Part shown: positions 1 to 6,855 of the stretch, piece after piece
Layout: the number at the start of each line of letters is the position of its first letter
Position numbering within the stretch: position 1 is the stretch's first letter
DNA from: Candidatus Saccharimonadota bacterium
Lineage (GTDB): Bacteria > Patescibacteriota > Saccharimonadia > Saccharimonadales > Saccharimonadaceae
DNA: 37,568 nt
Reading direction: 5' to 3'
NCBI GenBank assembly: GCA_028289185.1
Contig: JAQGGV010000003.1
Location: 1 to 37,568, forward strand
The notes under the pieces: model-generated
Databases searched by the model: none
The model's input: the letters and a program-made list of their open reading frames with translations, nothing else
What the model was told of the DNA's origin: nothing
Program-made: the position numbers and the translations under genes

Positions 1-1055
1 ATTGGTTGAATAGGCAAACCACTCTTGTAGTCATAGCCGACGGAGTGCTCGATATCGTCCTCACCACGTCGTAACTGGGCCGATTCGAGGGCCGCTAGGA
101 CTCGTTTCCTAGCCTCCTCTACTTCAAGCCCCAGGAACTGCGTCGGGACATTTATCATCTTGCCATCAAAGCCGATAACCTGGATGCGCTCGAGGTTGTG
201 TCGCTCCCCTATTTCAAAGTCATTTGGGTCGTGTGCAGGGGTAACTTTGACGGCGCCGGTACCAAAGGCAGGATCGACGTGCTCGTCGCCGATAACGGGA
301 ATTTCGCGGTCCGACAGAGGTACGACGACGTGTGAGCCAATTAATTTCTTGTAGCGTTCGTCGTCTGGATGAACGGCGATTGCGGTGTCACCAAGCAGTG
401 TCTCTGGGCGCGTGGTGGCAACGACAATTTCGGTCACATGGTCGATTGATGGATACGCGATACGCCACAGTTTACCCTTCTCTGTCTTGTAGTTGACCTC
501 GATATCGGCATAGCTAGTCTGGTATTTGGTACTGTAGTTAACGATTCGCTCACCCCTGTAAATCAGACCATCATCCCACATCTTTTTGAATGTGTCATAG
601 ACCGTTGCCACAACTTTGTCGTCAAGGGTAAAGACCTGGTTATTCCAGTCAGCGCTGACTCCGAGCGCACGCAGTTGTTTCTCCATCGTTCCCCTCTGGT
701 CAGCGACGAAATTCCAGACTTGGCTGTATAGTTCCTCGCGGCTAAAGTCAGTGCGGCTTTTGCCATTTTCGGCCAAGGTTCGTTCGTAGACGACCCACGT
801 TTCAAACCCAGCATGATCCGCCCCTGGTAGATATAGCACATCCCTACCCCGCATACGGTAGTAGCGCGCCAAAATATCCTCGAGGTTGGCCATAAGAGCG
901 TGGCCGATGTGTAGATTACCGTTGGCATTTGGCGGCGGCATGATAACGCTATAGGGTTCGCCCTTCCCTGTCGGCTTGAATGCACCGGCCTTCTCCCACA
1001 TTTCATAGATAGTCGGTTCGAATTCCGGTGGGTTGTATGCTTTGGCAAGTTTCAT
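1..1055 (-). CDS. valS: Valyl-tRNA synthetase, N-terminal ~351 codons (3' end runs off the window)
   Basis: Open frame absent from the ORF track because it has no stop in the window. My translation from the ATG (1055-1053) reads MKLAKAYNPPEFEPTIYEMWEKAGAFKP...VIMPPPNANGNLHIGHAL (HIGH motif)...LPGADHAGFETW...ATTRPETLLGDTAIAVHPDDERY...GTGAVKVTPAHDPNDFEIG, typical of class Ia ValRS. Confidence 0.9.
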   Translation of the reverse strand, partial: MKLAKAYNPPEFEPTIYEMWEKAGAFKPTGKGEPYSVIMPPPNANGNLHIGHALMANLEDILARYYRMRGRDVLYLPGADHAGFETWVVYERTLAENGKSRTDFSREELYSQVWNFVADQRGTMEKQLRALGVSADWNNQVFTLDDKVVATVYDTFKKMWDDGLIYRGERIVNYSTKYQTSYADIEVNYKTEKGKLWRIAYPSIDHVTEIVVATTRPETLLGDTAIAVHPDDERYKKLIGSHVVVPLSDREIPVIGDEHVDPAFGTGAVKVTPAHDPNDFEIGERHNLERIQVIGFDGKMINVPTQFLGLEVEEARKRVLAALESAQLRRGEDDIEHSVGYDYKSGLPIQP

Positions 1056-1090
1056 TTGTATCAGTATAACAGATGAATATTTGATTTAAC

Positions 1091-1229
1091 AGAGGTAAAC
1101 CGCGGTGATGACGTTTTGGTAAACGTAAGTACTTTTCACGTGGAAACTTGGACATTAGGAAATATAACATTTCACGAGAAATGCCCTCCTCAGGTCCAAA
1201 CTTTTTTCCACGTGTTTGTTTTCACCTCT
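1091..1229 (-). other. Candidate structured RNA (valS distal leader or small RNA): five nested helices
   Basis: Nested complementary segments. P1: 1091-1099 / 1221-1229. P2: CACGTGGAAA 1137-1146 / TTTCCACGTG 1205-1214. P3: TTGGAC 1148-1153 / GTCCAA 1194-1199. P4: AGGA 1157-1160 / TCCT 1187-1190. P5: CATTTC 1168-1173 / GAAATG 1178-1183. The single P1 mismatch is a G-U wobble only in the minus-sense RNA. An extended -10 (TGCTATACT; hexamer 1231-1236 on the minus strand) sits just upstream. Confidence 0.35.
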
Positions 1230-1421
1230 TAGTATAGCACTAACGGTAATATTTCTCACATTTTCTTCGCTTTGGCGTTCGGTATCTTCCGCCAAGTCGT
1301 CGTGTCACACCGGAGAATCTCCGGGTGGACCTCAGGAATCTCCAGATGCGCTAGCAACCATGCTTGAGTATGGTCTTTAGGGGTAGGGAGCTCGTTTATG
1401 AATTTATTTCGAAAACGAGCG

Positions 1422-1439
1422 GGAAGGGCGAACCCTTCC
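1422..1439. repeat. GGAAGGG-N4-CCCTTCC hairpin, copy 1 of 3
   Basis: GGAAGGG cgaa CCCTTCC. The same 7-bp stem recurs at 8884-8901 and 18101-18118. Confidence 0.6.
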
Positions 1440-1453
1440 GTTATAATGAACCT

Positions 1454-2440
1454 ATGATTTCAATGCAGCCGACCGACGACAGGGAAGCCTGGGACGAATA
1501 TGTCCTAGAAAACGATGGTCATCCGCTGCAATTATGGGGATGGGGGCAGACAAAGGCCGAGCACGGCTGGCATGCAGATAGGTTATTTGCCTATGATATG
1601 GACAAAAACATTATCGGTGGTGCACAGGTGCTTATTCGTAAGCTACCGTGGCCGTTTAAGGCACTGGTCTATGTGCCACGCGGACCAGTGGTCACGGCGG
1701 GCCAGACGAGTGACTTCCTGATAGCCCTGACGAACTATGCCAAATCCCAATACAGGGGAGTAGTGGTCTCGATCGAACCTGACTGGGTTGAATTACCCAA
1801 ATTACCCGGCGGTTGGCATCTGTCTGCAAATACTATTTTGATCCCGGAAACCCTCATTCTTGACCTCACTAAATCCGAGGATGATTTGCTAGCGCCAATG
1901 GCCAAAAAGACCCGTCAATACATCCGTAAATCCAGTGGCGAGGACACGATGACAATCCGCCAGGTAAAGAGTAAAGAGGGCATAGCGAAATGCCTGCAGA
2001 TTTACCAAGAAACGGCCAAAAGGGCAGGGTTTGCGCTGCATGATGACCAGTATTATTACGATGTTTTTGCCAATCTGAGTGACAATTCACCAGTGTTTGC
2101 TGCGTATGTTGATAACGAACCAATCGCGTTCGTATGGTTGGCCATCAGCGCCAAAACAGCCTTTGAGTTGTACGGTGGTATGAATGACACGGGGCAAGAA
2201 TTACGTGCAAACTATGCGCTGAAATGGCACGCCATTCGCAAAACCCGCGAGTGGGGGATAGAGCGTTATGACATGAACGGTTTGGTATCCGACGGTGTCA
2301 GTAATTTTAAGCGCGGTTTTGCTGATCACGAGGACAAACTAATTGGCACCTACGATCGGCCCCTCTCACCTCTGTATACGGTCTGGACAAAAGTACTTCC
2401 GCTGGGCAAGAAAATAGTCAGAACTATCAAACGAAAATAG
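1454..2440 (+). CDS. FemAB-family peptidoglycan interpeptide-bridge peptidyltransferase (FemX-like)
   Basis: ORF 1364..2440. The N-terminus MISMQPTDDREAWDEYVLENDGHPLQLWGWGQTK and the overall length resemble FemAB/FemX proteins. Start moved to ATG 1454 because TATAAT (1442-1447) lies 6 nt upstream and hairpins occupy 1390-1439. Confidence 0.75.
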   Translation: MISMQPTDDREAWDEYVLENDGHPLQLWGWGQTKAEHGWHADRLFAYDMDKNIIGGAQVLIRKLPWPFKALVYVPRGPVVTAGQTSDFLIALTNYAKSQYRGVVVSIEPDWVELPKLPGGWHLSANTILIPETLILDLTKSEDDLLAPMAKKTRQYIRKSSGEDTMTIRQVKSKEGIAKCLQIYQETAKRAGFALHDDQYYYDVFANLSDNSPVFAAYVDNEPIAFVWLAISAKTAFELYGGMNDTGQELRANYALKWHAIRKTREWGIERYDMNGLVSDGVSNFKRGFADHEDKLIGTYDRPLSPLYTVWTKVLPLGKKIVRTIKRK

Positions 2441-2509
2441 TATAGATTATTTAGCAATTATATGGTATAGTATACATGCTTCAAGAGTGGAAACTCATGG
2501 GAGCGTAAC

Positions 2510-2973
2510 TGACAAGCAGGTACCCAGAACCGTCCAATCGGTTCGACCATCTAGCACGAAAGAGGGAACAACATGGAATCCATGCGACTCAAGTTCTCGT
2601 TCTACAAGTTCCGGGACAAGAAGATTACCAGCCAGGGCTGGGCAAAAGCCGCCTATGTGGGCTGCTGGATCGGCTTGACCCTGGCCGTGATGTTCGTGCT
2701 GTGGGTCCTTCACCTGGCGCTGCTGTTGGCCGACGTGCTCGGTGCCTTCGGGTATCCGATCTTGGCCATGCTGATCATCGGTTGTGTGCTGTTCGCCCAA
2801 CGCAAGTCCGGGCTGCGCAGCTTCTACAACCGTGACAAGGAGTGGGTGTCATTTGGTTTCGACCGCAGTATGTGGTGGAACCGGAAGTAGCCGGCGTCCG
2901 GTGAACGTGACAAGCAGGCCGACATTGGCCGCTTGGCCCACGTCCCCGCGACCTTGTCGTACCTGCTTGTCAC
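2510..2973. repeat. Three copies of a TGACAAGCAGG(TAC) motif bracketing a small ORF
   Basis: TGACAAGCAGGTAC at 2510-2523. GTGACAAGCAGG at 2907-2918. Inverted copy GTACCTGCTTGTCAC at 2959-2973. Copies 1 and 3 form a perfect 14-bp inverted repeat 435 bp apart. Copies 2 and 3 form a 12-bp inverted repeat separated by 43 nt. Confidence 0.7.
2573..2890 (+). CDS. Small two-TM membrane protein (105 aa), hypothetical, in a GC-rich islet
   Basis: ORF-track entry with an SD-like AGAGGGA 6 nt upstream. Two hydrophobic helices (AAYVGCWIGLTLAVMFVLWVLHLALLLA and GYPILAMLIIGCVLFA). Local GC is about 60% against about 49% in the flanks. Confidence 0.55.
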   Translation: MESMRLKFSFYKFRDKKITSQGWAKAAYVGCWIGLTLAVMFVLWVLHLALLLADVLGAFGYPILAMLIIGCVLFAQRKSGLRSFYNRDKEWVSFGFDRSMWWNRK

Positions 2974-3013
2974 ATTCACTTTCTACAGATCAGTATCTGT
3001 GTGAAGTGAATGT
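2972..3013. terminator. Long hairpin between convergent genes (105-aa ORF and tsaD)
   Basis: ACATTCACTT (2972-2981) pairs with AAGTGAATGT (3004-3013). An inner ACAGAT cagt ATCTGT hairpin lies inside. It overlaps the tsaD stop codon. Confidence 0.5.
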
Positions 3014-4182
3014 TAGGCCCACGCTGTTTTGGTCATGGATAGGCTAGGTACAACTTCTAAATCGAATGGACTCACAGGGTCCTTTTTTTGTGCGTAGAAA
3101 TAACCAAGTGCGGCGATCATGGCGCCGTTGTCGGTACAAAGCTGCATCGGTGCGTACTCGATGTTCAGGGGTAGACGTTCTTGCAGCTGGCGACGAAGTT
3201 CCTGATTGGCGGCCACGCCACCAGCGATGACTACAGAGGCGGGTGAGTAGTCTTTGAATGCCTTTTCGGCTTTGTCGACCAGGGTTTCAACGGCTGTTTG
3301 CTGAAAACTGGCGGCAAAGTCATTGCGCTGGACGTCGCTCAGGAGCGCAGGAAGGTCGTGTGAAGGGAAGGTGTAATCATTCCCAGTTTCGTGCTGGACG
3401 GCCCTTAGAAGGGCTGTCTTGAGCCCAGAGAAGCTAAAGTCGTATGGGTTTGTCAGTTTAGCCTTCGGCAGTTTGTATTTGTGCGGATCGCCAGCTAGCG
3501 CGGCTTTGGCAACTGATGGGCCGCCAGGGTAGGGTAGGCCGATGATTTTGGCGACCTTGTCAAAGGCTTCACCGACGGCATCGTCCTGGGTTTGGCCCAG
3601 GAGCTCGTAGTTACCGTGGTCTTGAAAGAGAACAAGTTGCGAGTGGCCGCCGGAAACAATCAGTGCAAGCATTGGGAATTGAGGTTGAGAGCTCGGTAGT
3701 ACAAGGTCGCGAAGCCCACCAATCGCTCTTCCTCCCTTGCCATGTTCGCCAGCTCCAATAATCGTTTTGCCGCGCTCGCTTGGCAAAAGATTATTGGGCT
3801 GACTCTCCATCTTCTCAATGATGAAATTCGCATATACATGCGCTTCAACGTGATGTATAGGATACAACGGTTTGTTATGGATGAGGGCGAGAGTACGAGC
3901 GGCGAGGGTGCCAACGAGCAGTGAGCCAATCAGGCCCGGGGCGTAGGTGACGGCAATTGCGTCAATGTCATCCCAAGTGCAGTCAGCGTCGCGTAGTGCT
4001 TGGTTGATGACGGGATTGATAACTTCGATATGACTACGAGCGGCAACTTCTGGCACAACGCCGCCATACTGCGAGTGGATATCGATCTGCGTCTGAATGA
4101 CATTGGAAAGAAGCTTACGGCCATCCTCGACAACCGCAACTGCTGTTTCGTCACAACTACTCTCAATTCCCAGTATTTTCAC
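3013..4182 (-). CDS. tsaD: tRNA N6-adenosine threonylcarbamoyltransferase TsaD, with an internal insertion
   Basis: MKILGIESSCDETAVAVV..., HHVEAH metal motif, SGGHSQL, DDAVGEAFDKVAK, FSFSGLKTA, CTDNGAMIA. GTG start at 4182. Roughly 35-40 extra residues lie between HHVEAH and SGGH compared with E. coli TsaD as I remember it. Confidence 0.9.
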   Translation of the reverse strand: MKILGIESSCDETAVAVVEDGRKLLSNVIQTQIDIHSQYGGVVPEVAARSHIEVINPVINQALRDADCTWDDIDAIAVTYAPGLIGSLLVGTLAARTLALIHNKPLYPIHHVEAHVYANFIIEKMESQPNNLLPSERGKTIIGAGEHGKGGRAIGGLRDLVLPSSQPQFPMLALIVSGGHSQLVLFQDHGNYELLGQTQDDAVGEAFDKVAKIIGLPYPGGPSVAKAALAGDPHKYKLPKAKLTNPYDFSFSGLKTALLRAVQHETGNDYTFPSHDLPALLSDVQRNDFAASFQQTAVETLVDKAEKAFKDYSPASVVIAGGVAANQELRRQLQERLPLNIEYAPMQLCTDNGAMIAALGYFYAQKKDPVSPFDLEVVPSLSMTKTAWA

Positions 4183-4200
4183 TACCGGTATTATACCAGA

Positions 4201-4758
4201 TTAAACAGAGATGGAGCCCTGGCGGAGAACTTCGATACCGTCATGTGTCGGTCGAATGATGGTCGACGGCAATTTTTGATCAATTGTGCCACCATCAACG
4301 TAGAAATCAATGCTATCTCCGAAGTACGCGGCTGCTTCGCTGATATTCGTGGCTGGCGGCTGACCTGGCTGATTGGCGCTCGAGGTGATAAGGGGTCCCG
4401 TTTGCTCGAGGAACTGCTTGATGGTCGGATCCGCAACGACACGCATCGCCAGCGTACCGACACCTTGATGTAGATACGTGTTGTCGGGGACGGGCAGTAC
4501 GGCACTGAGAGGATTGGGCCAATAGTGGACGACTTTTTCGATCTCGGTAGGTGAAACACTGAGCGCAAGGAGTTGATCGGTTGAACTGGCAATCAATGTG
4601 CCCGGTTTCTTCTCGCGGCTTTTGAGCGTATAGAATCGATGAACCGCCGCATGATCAGCGGCGATAGTTACCAACCCGTAGACTGTATCCGTCGGTACAA
4701 CCCCAATGGCGCCGTTTTGCAACAGTGGTATGGCTTGATCAAGTGTCACGATATTCAT
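4201..4758 (-). CDS. tsaC: L-threonylcarbamoyladenylate synthase, short YrdC/TsaC type (185 aa)
   Basis: The C-terminal 185 aa of ORF 4201..5256 read MNIVTLDQAIPLLQNGAIGVVPTDTVYGL...LITSSANQPGQPPAT, matching the YrdC/Sua5 fold. Start set at ATG 4758. The longer ORF would overlap the divergent murE-like gene. Confidence 0.8.
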   Translation of the reverse strand: MNIVTLDQAIPLLQNGAIGVVPTDTVYGLVTIAADHAAVHRFYTLKSREKKPGTLIASSTDQLLALSVSPTEIEKVVHYWPNPLSAVLPVPDNTYLHQGVGTLAMRVVADPTIKQFLEQTGPLITSSANQPGQPPATNISEAAAYFGDSIDFYVDGGTIDQKLPSTIIRPTHDGIEVLRQGSISV

Positions 4759-4764
4759 ATCACT

Positions 4765-4794
4765 ATCATAGCGCCGCGAGCGAGATGGTAGAAT
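4765..4794. promoter_or_regulatory. Back-to-back -10 boxes for the divergent tsaC and murE-like genes
   Basis: TATGAT (4765-4770, minus strand) is 6 nt from the tsaC ATG. TAGAAT (4789-4794, plus strand) is 6 nt from the murE-like ATG. The whole intergenic spacer is only 42 bp. Confidence 0.45.
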
Positions 4795-4800
4795 AGGAGC

Positions 4801-6084
4801 ATGAAACAACTGCTTGTAAAGGGAGTGCGCGGGGTCTTGCCAAAGGGTACGGTCCACAAGATTGAAGAAGGCTATCGAAAGGGTCGTGTTCGGCTGGTTC
4901 GGGCTCGCTACGGCAACCCGGCAAAAAACCTGAAAGTCATCGCTATAACAGGGACAAACGGCAAAACGACGACTCTGAATTACCTGAATGAGATTATGAA
5001 AGAGGCGGGACATAGGACCGCCATGTTCACGACTGCGGTCATCGAGATTAATGGTCATCGCAAAATTAATGACCTCAATGCAACAGTCGCATTGACTGCC
5101 GAAATGCAGAAGTTTTTCCGTGAGGCGAAGCGTGAAAAAGTTGATTATGTTCTGCTGGAAGTGACCAGCCATGCGCTCGACCAACATAAGTTGGACGGTG
5201 TGCCGATTATGGCGGCAATTATGACCAATCTGACCCAGGATCATTTGGACTACCACGGCACGATGGAGAAATATGCCGAGGCAAAGGGCAAATTATTCGC
5301 GGCTAACCCGCAATTTATCGTGCTGAACCGGGATGATGAGTGGTACGATTTCTTTAATCAATTCCAAGCAGCTGGCCAAAAAATCACTTACGGCAGGCAC
5401 GACGACGCCGAGGTTCGGGTAACGAAGACGAGACTATTCCGCAAGGGCAGTGAGGCGACAATCCTGCTTGATCACCACGATGAACTGGAACTTGCGACGG
5501 CACTACCGGGCGAGTACAACATCGACAATATGGTTGCAGCGGCGACTGCTGCCTATGTATTGGGTATTAATTTGAACGACATTGTAGAGGGTGTTGCCAA
5601 CCTCGAGGGCGTACCCGGTAGGTTCGAACATGTCAAAACGGGCAAGGATTTCGACGTCGTCGTTGATTATGCGCACACGCCGGACGGGTTAGAGAAGTTT
5701 CTGACGGCTGCAAAAGCGATTACCAAAAATCGCGTTATTCTTGTCTTTGGCGCCACTGGCGATCGAGACAAGGGAAAACGACCGATTATGGGCGAAATTG
5801 CTGCCAAACTAGCCGATCGTATCGTTTTAACTGACGAGGAAAGCTACAACGAGAACCCTGACAAAATTCGCGAACAAGTCATGCAAGGCATCGAATCTGC
5901 TGGTGGATCGGGCAAAACGACCGAAATTGCTGATCGTCACGAAGCTATCAAAAAGGCCCTCGGCATCGCGACTAAGGGTGATATCGTGCTCATCACTGGT
6001 ATGGGACACGAGAAGTTTCGTATTGTGAACGGCGAACGAATCCCGTGGAACGACGCTGATGCCGTAAAAGAACTACTCGAATAG
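4801..6084 (+). CDS. murE: Mur ligase family, MurE-like UDP-MurNAc-dipeptide amino acid ligase lacking the usual N-terminal domain
   Basis: P-loop ITGTNGKTTT, TNLTQDHLDYHG, DYAHTPDGLEKF and GATGDRDKGKRPIMG resemble MurE. It is 427 aa against about 490-500 aa for typical MurE. The DNPR mDAP-specificity motif is not present (LTDEESYNENP instead). Confidence 0.75.
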   Translation: MKQLLVKGVRGVLPKGTVHKIEEGYRKGRVRLVRARYGNPAKNLKVIAITGTNGKTTTLNYLNEIMKEAGHRTAMFTTAVIEINGHRKINDLNATVALTAEMQKFFREAKREKVDYVLLEVTSHALDQHKLDGVPIMAAIMTNLTQDHLDYHGTMEKYAEAKGKLFAANPQFIVLNRDDEWYDFFNQFQAAGQKITYGRHDDAEVRVTKTRLFRKGSEATILLDHHDELELATALPGEYNIDNMVAAATAAYVLGINLNDIVEGVANLEGVPGRFEHVKTGKDFDVVVDYAHTPDGLEKFLTAAKAITKNRVILVFGATGDRDKGKRPIMGEIAAKLADRIVLTDEESYNENPDKIREQVMQGIESAGGSGKTTEIADRHEAIKKALGIATKGDIVLITGMGHEKFRIVNGERIPWNDADAVKELLE

Positions 6085-6096
6085 AGCTTATGAACA

Positions 6097-6855
6097 ATGG
6101 TGGAAGACAAAAAACAGGCACTGAAGAAATTTTTCCGTAACTATACGCTTGTTGTCCTTGTGATTGTTGGTTTGATTATCACGCTCCTGCTATTGGTCTG
6201 GTTTCGCTTTTTGGCACTCGTCAGTATCGGTGATTTATCAAAGATTAACCCGCTCATCACGTCGGGTCAAAACAGATTGGTACTGAAAGACGGTACGAGC
6301 GAAATCGTCAAAATTCCGATAGACGGTACAGCGGCCAATAAAGGATCTTCCGACAGTAATACACCAGCCGACACGTCAACAGGCGGGGCTTCATCTGAAA
6401 ATCAATCGAACTCAGCAACCACCACAACGGGCGGCACGGTGCAGACTAGCAATGGGGGTGCTAGCACCCCCGTGGTCACAGTCAGCCCATCCGTTAGCCC
6501 GTCATCCAGCCCGAGTCCCGTTCCAACCACAGCGGCGTTTACGGCAAATATAGGTTCGAACGTGACATACGAGACATCGAACAAGTCATCGTATGCTAAC
6601 GGCTGCACCATCACCTACAAATTTACCTTCACCGCCACCGCCCAGAACGCGCCCGGTGTGGCGAAAGCGCAGTGGAGGTGGCCTGGTAGTACCTGGGGGA
6701 ATGAGTTCAACGTGTCTTTTTCGGTCGGACAAACGAGTGTGCCGGTAACAATACAGCAATATGTGAGCGCTAACACCAGTGACCAAGTGGTAAGCCTCAG
6801 GCTGAACTCACCGAACGCCGTCGAGAAAGATTATGGGTTCAAGCATCAATGTTAA
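6097..6855 (+). CDS. Membrane-anchored exported protein with a Ser/Thr/Pro-rich linker and a C-terminal beta-rich domain
   Basis: N-terminal TM (YTLVVLVIVGLIITLLLLVWF), a low-complexity S/T/P stretch, then a C-terminal domain with two Cys. Its stop overlaps the kinase start (ATGTTAA, 7-nt overlap). Confidence 0.6.
   Translation: MVEDKKQALKKFFRNYTLVVLVIVGLIITLLLLVWFRFLALVSIGDLSKINPLITSGQNRLVLKDGTSEIVKIPIDGTAANKGSSDSNTPADTSTGGASSENQSNSATTTTGGTVQTSNGGASTPVVTVSPSVSPSSSPSPVPTTAAFTANIGSNVTYETSNKSSYANGCTITYKFTFTATAQNAPGVAKAQWRWPGSTWGNEFNVSFSVGQTSVPVTIQQYVSANTSDQVVSLRLNSPNAVEKDYGFKHQC

Noticed and set aside
563-1048. 161-aa minus-strand ORF, and the small plus-strand ORF at 160..354
   Set aside because: Both are off-frame or antisense relative to the real valS reading frame (1..1055, minus). 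That frame is open to the window edge, which is why it is absent from the ORF track.
1056-1236. T-box riboswitch upstream of valS
   Set aside because: I looked for the conserved T-box sequence (AANNNGGGTGGTACCGCG) and for a specifier loop with a Val codon in the minus-sense leader. Only ACCGCGG (1100-1106 on the plus strand, as CCGCGGT) loosely matches. There is no UGGN tRNA-acceptor-pairing bulge and no terminator/antiterminator pair.
4759-5256. N-terminal 166 codons of ORF 4201..5256
   Set aside because: This part overlaps the divergent murE-like gene and has no similarity to TsaC. The YrdC-like domain begins at the ATG at 4758, which has its own -10 box 6 nt upstream.
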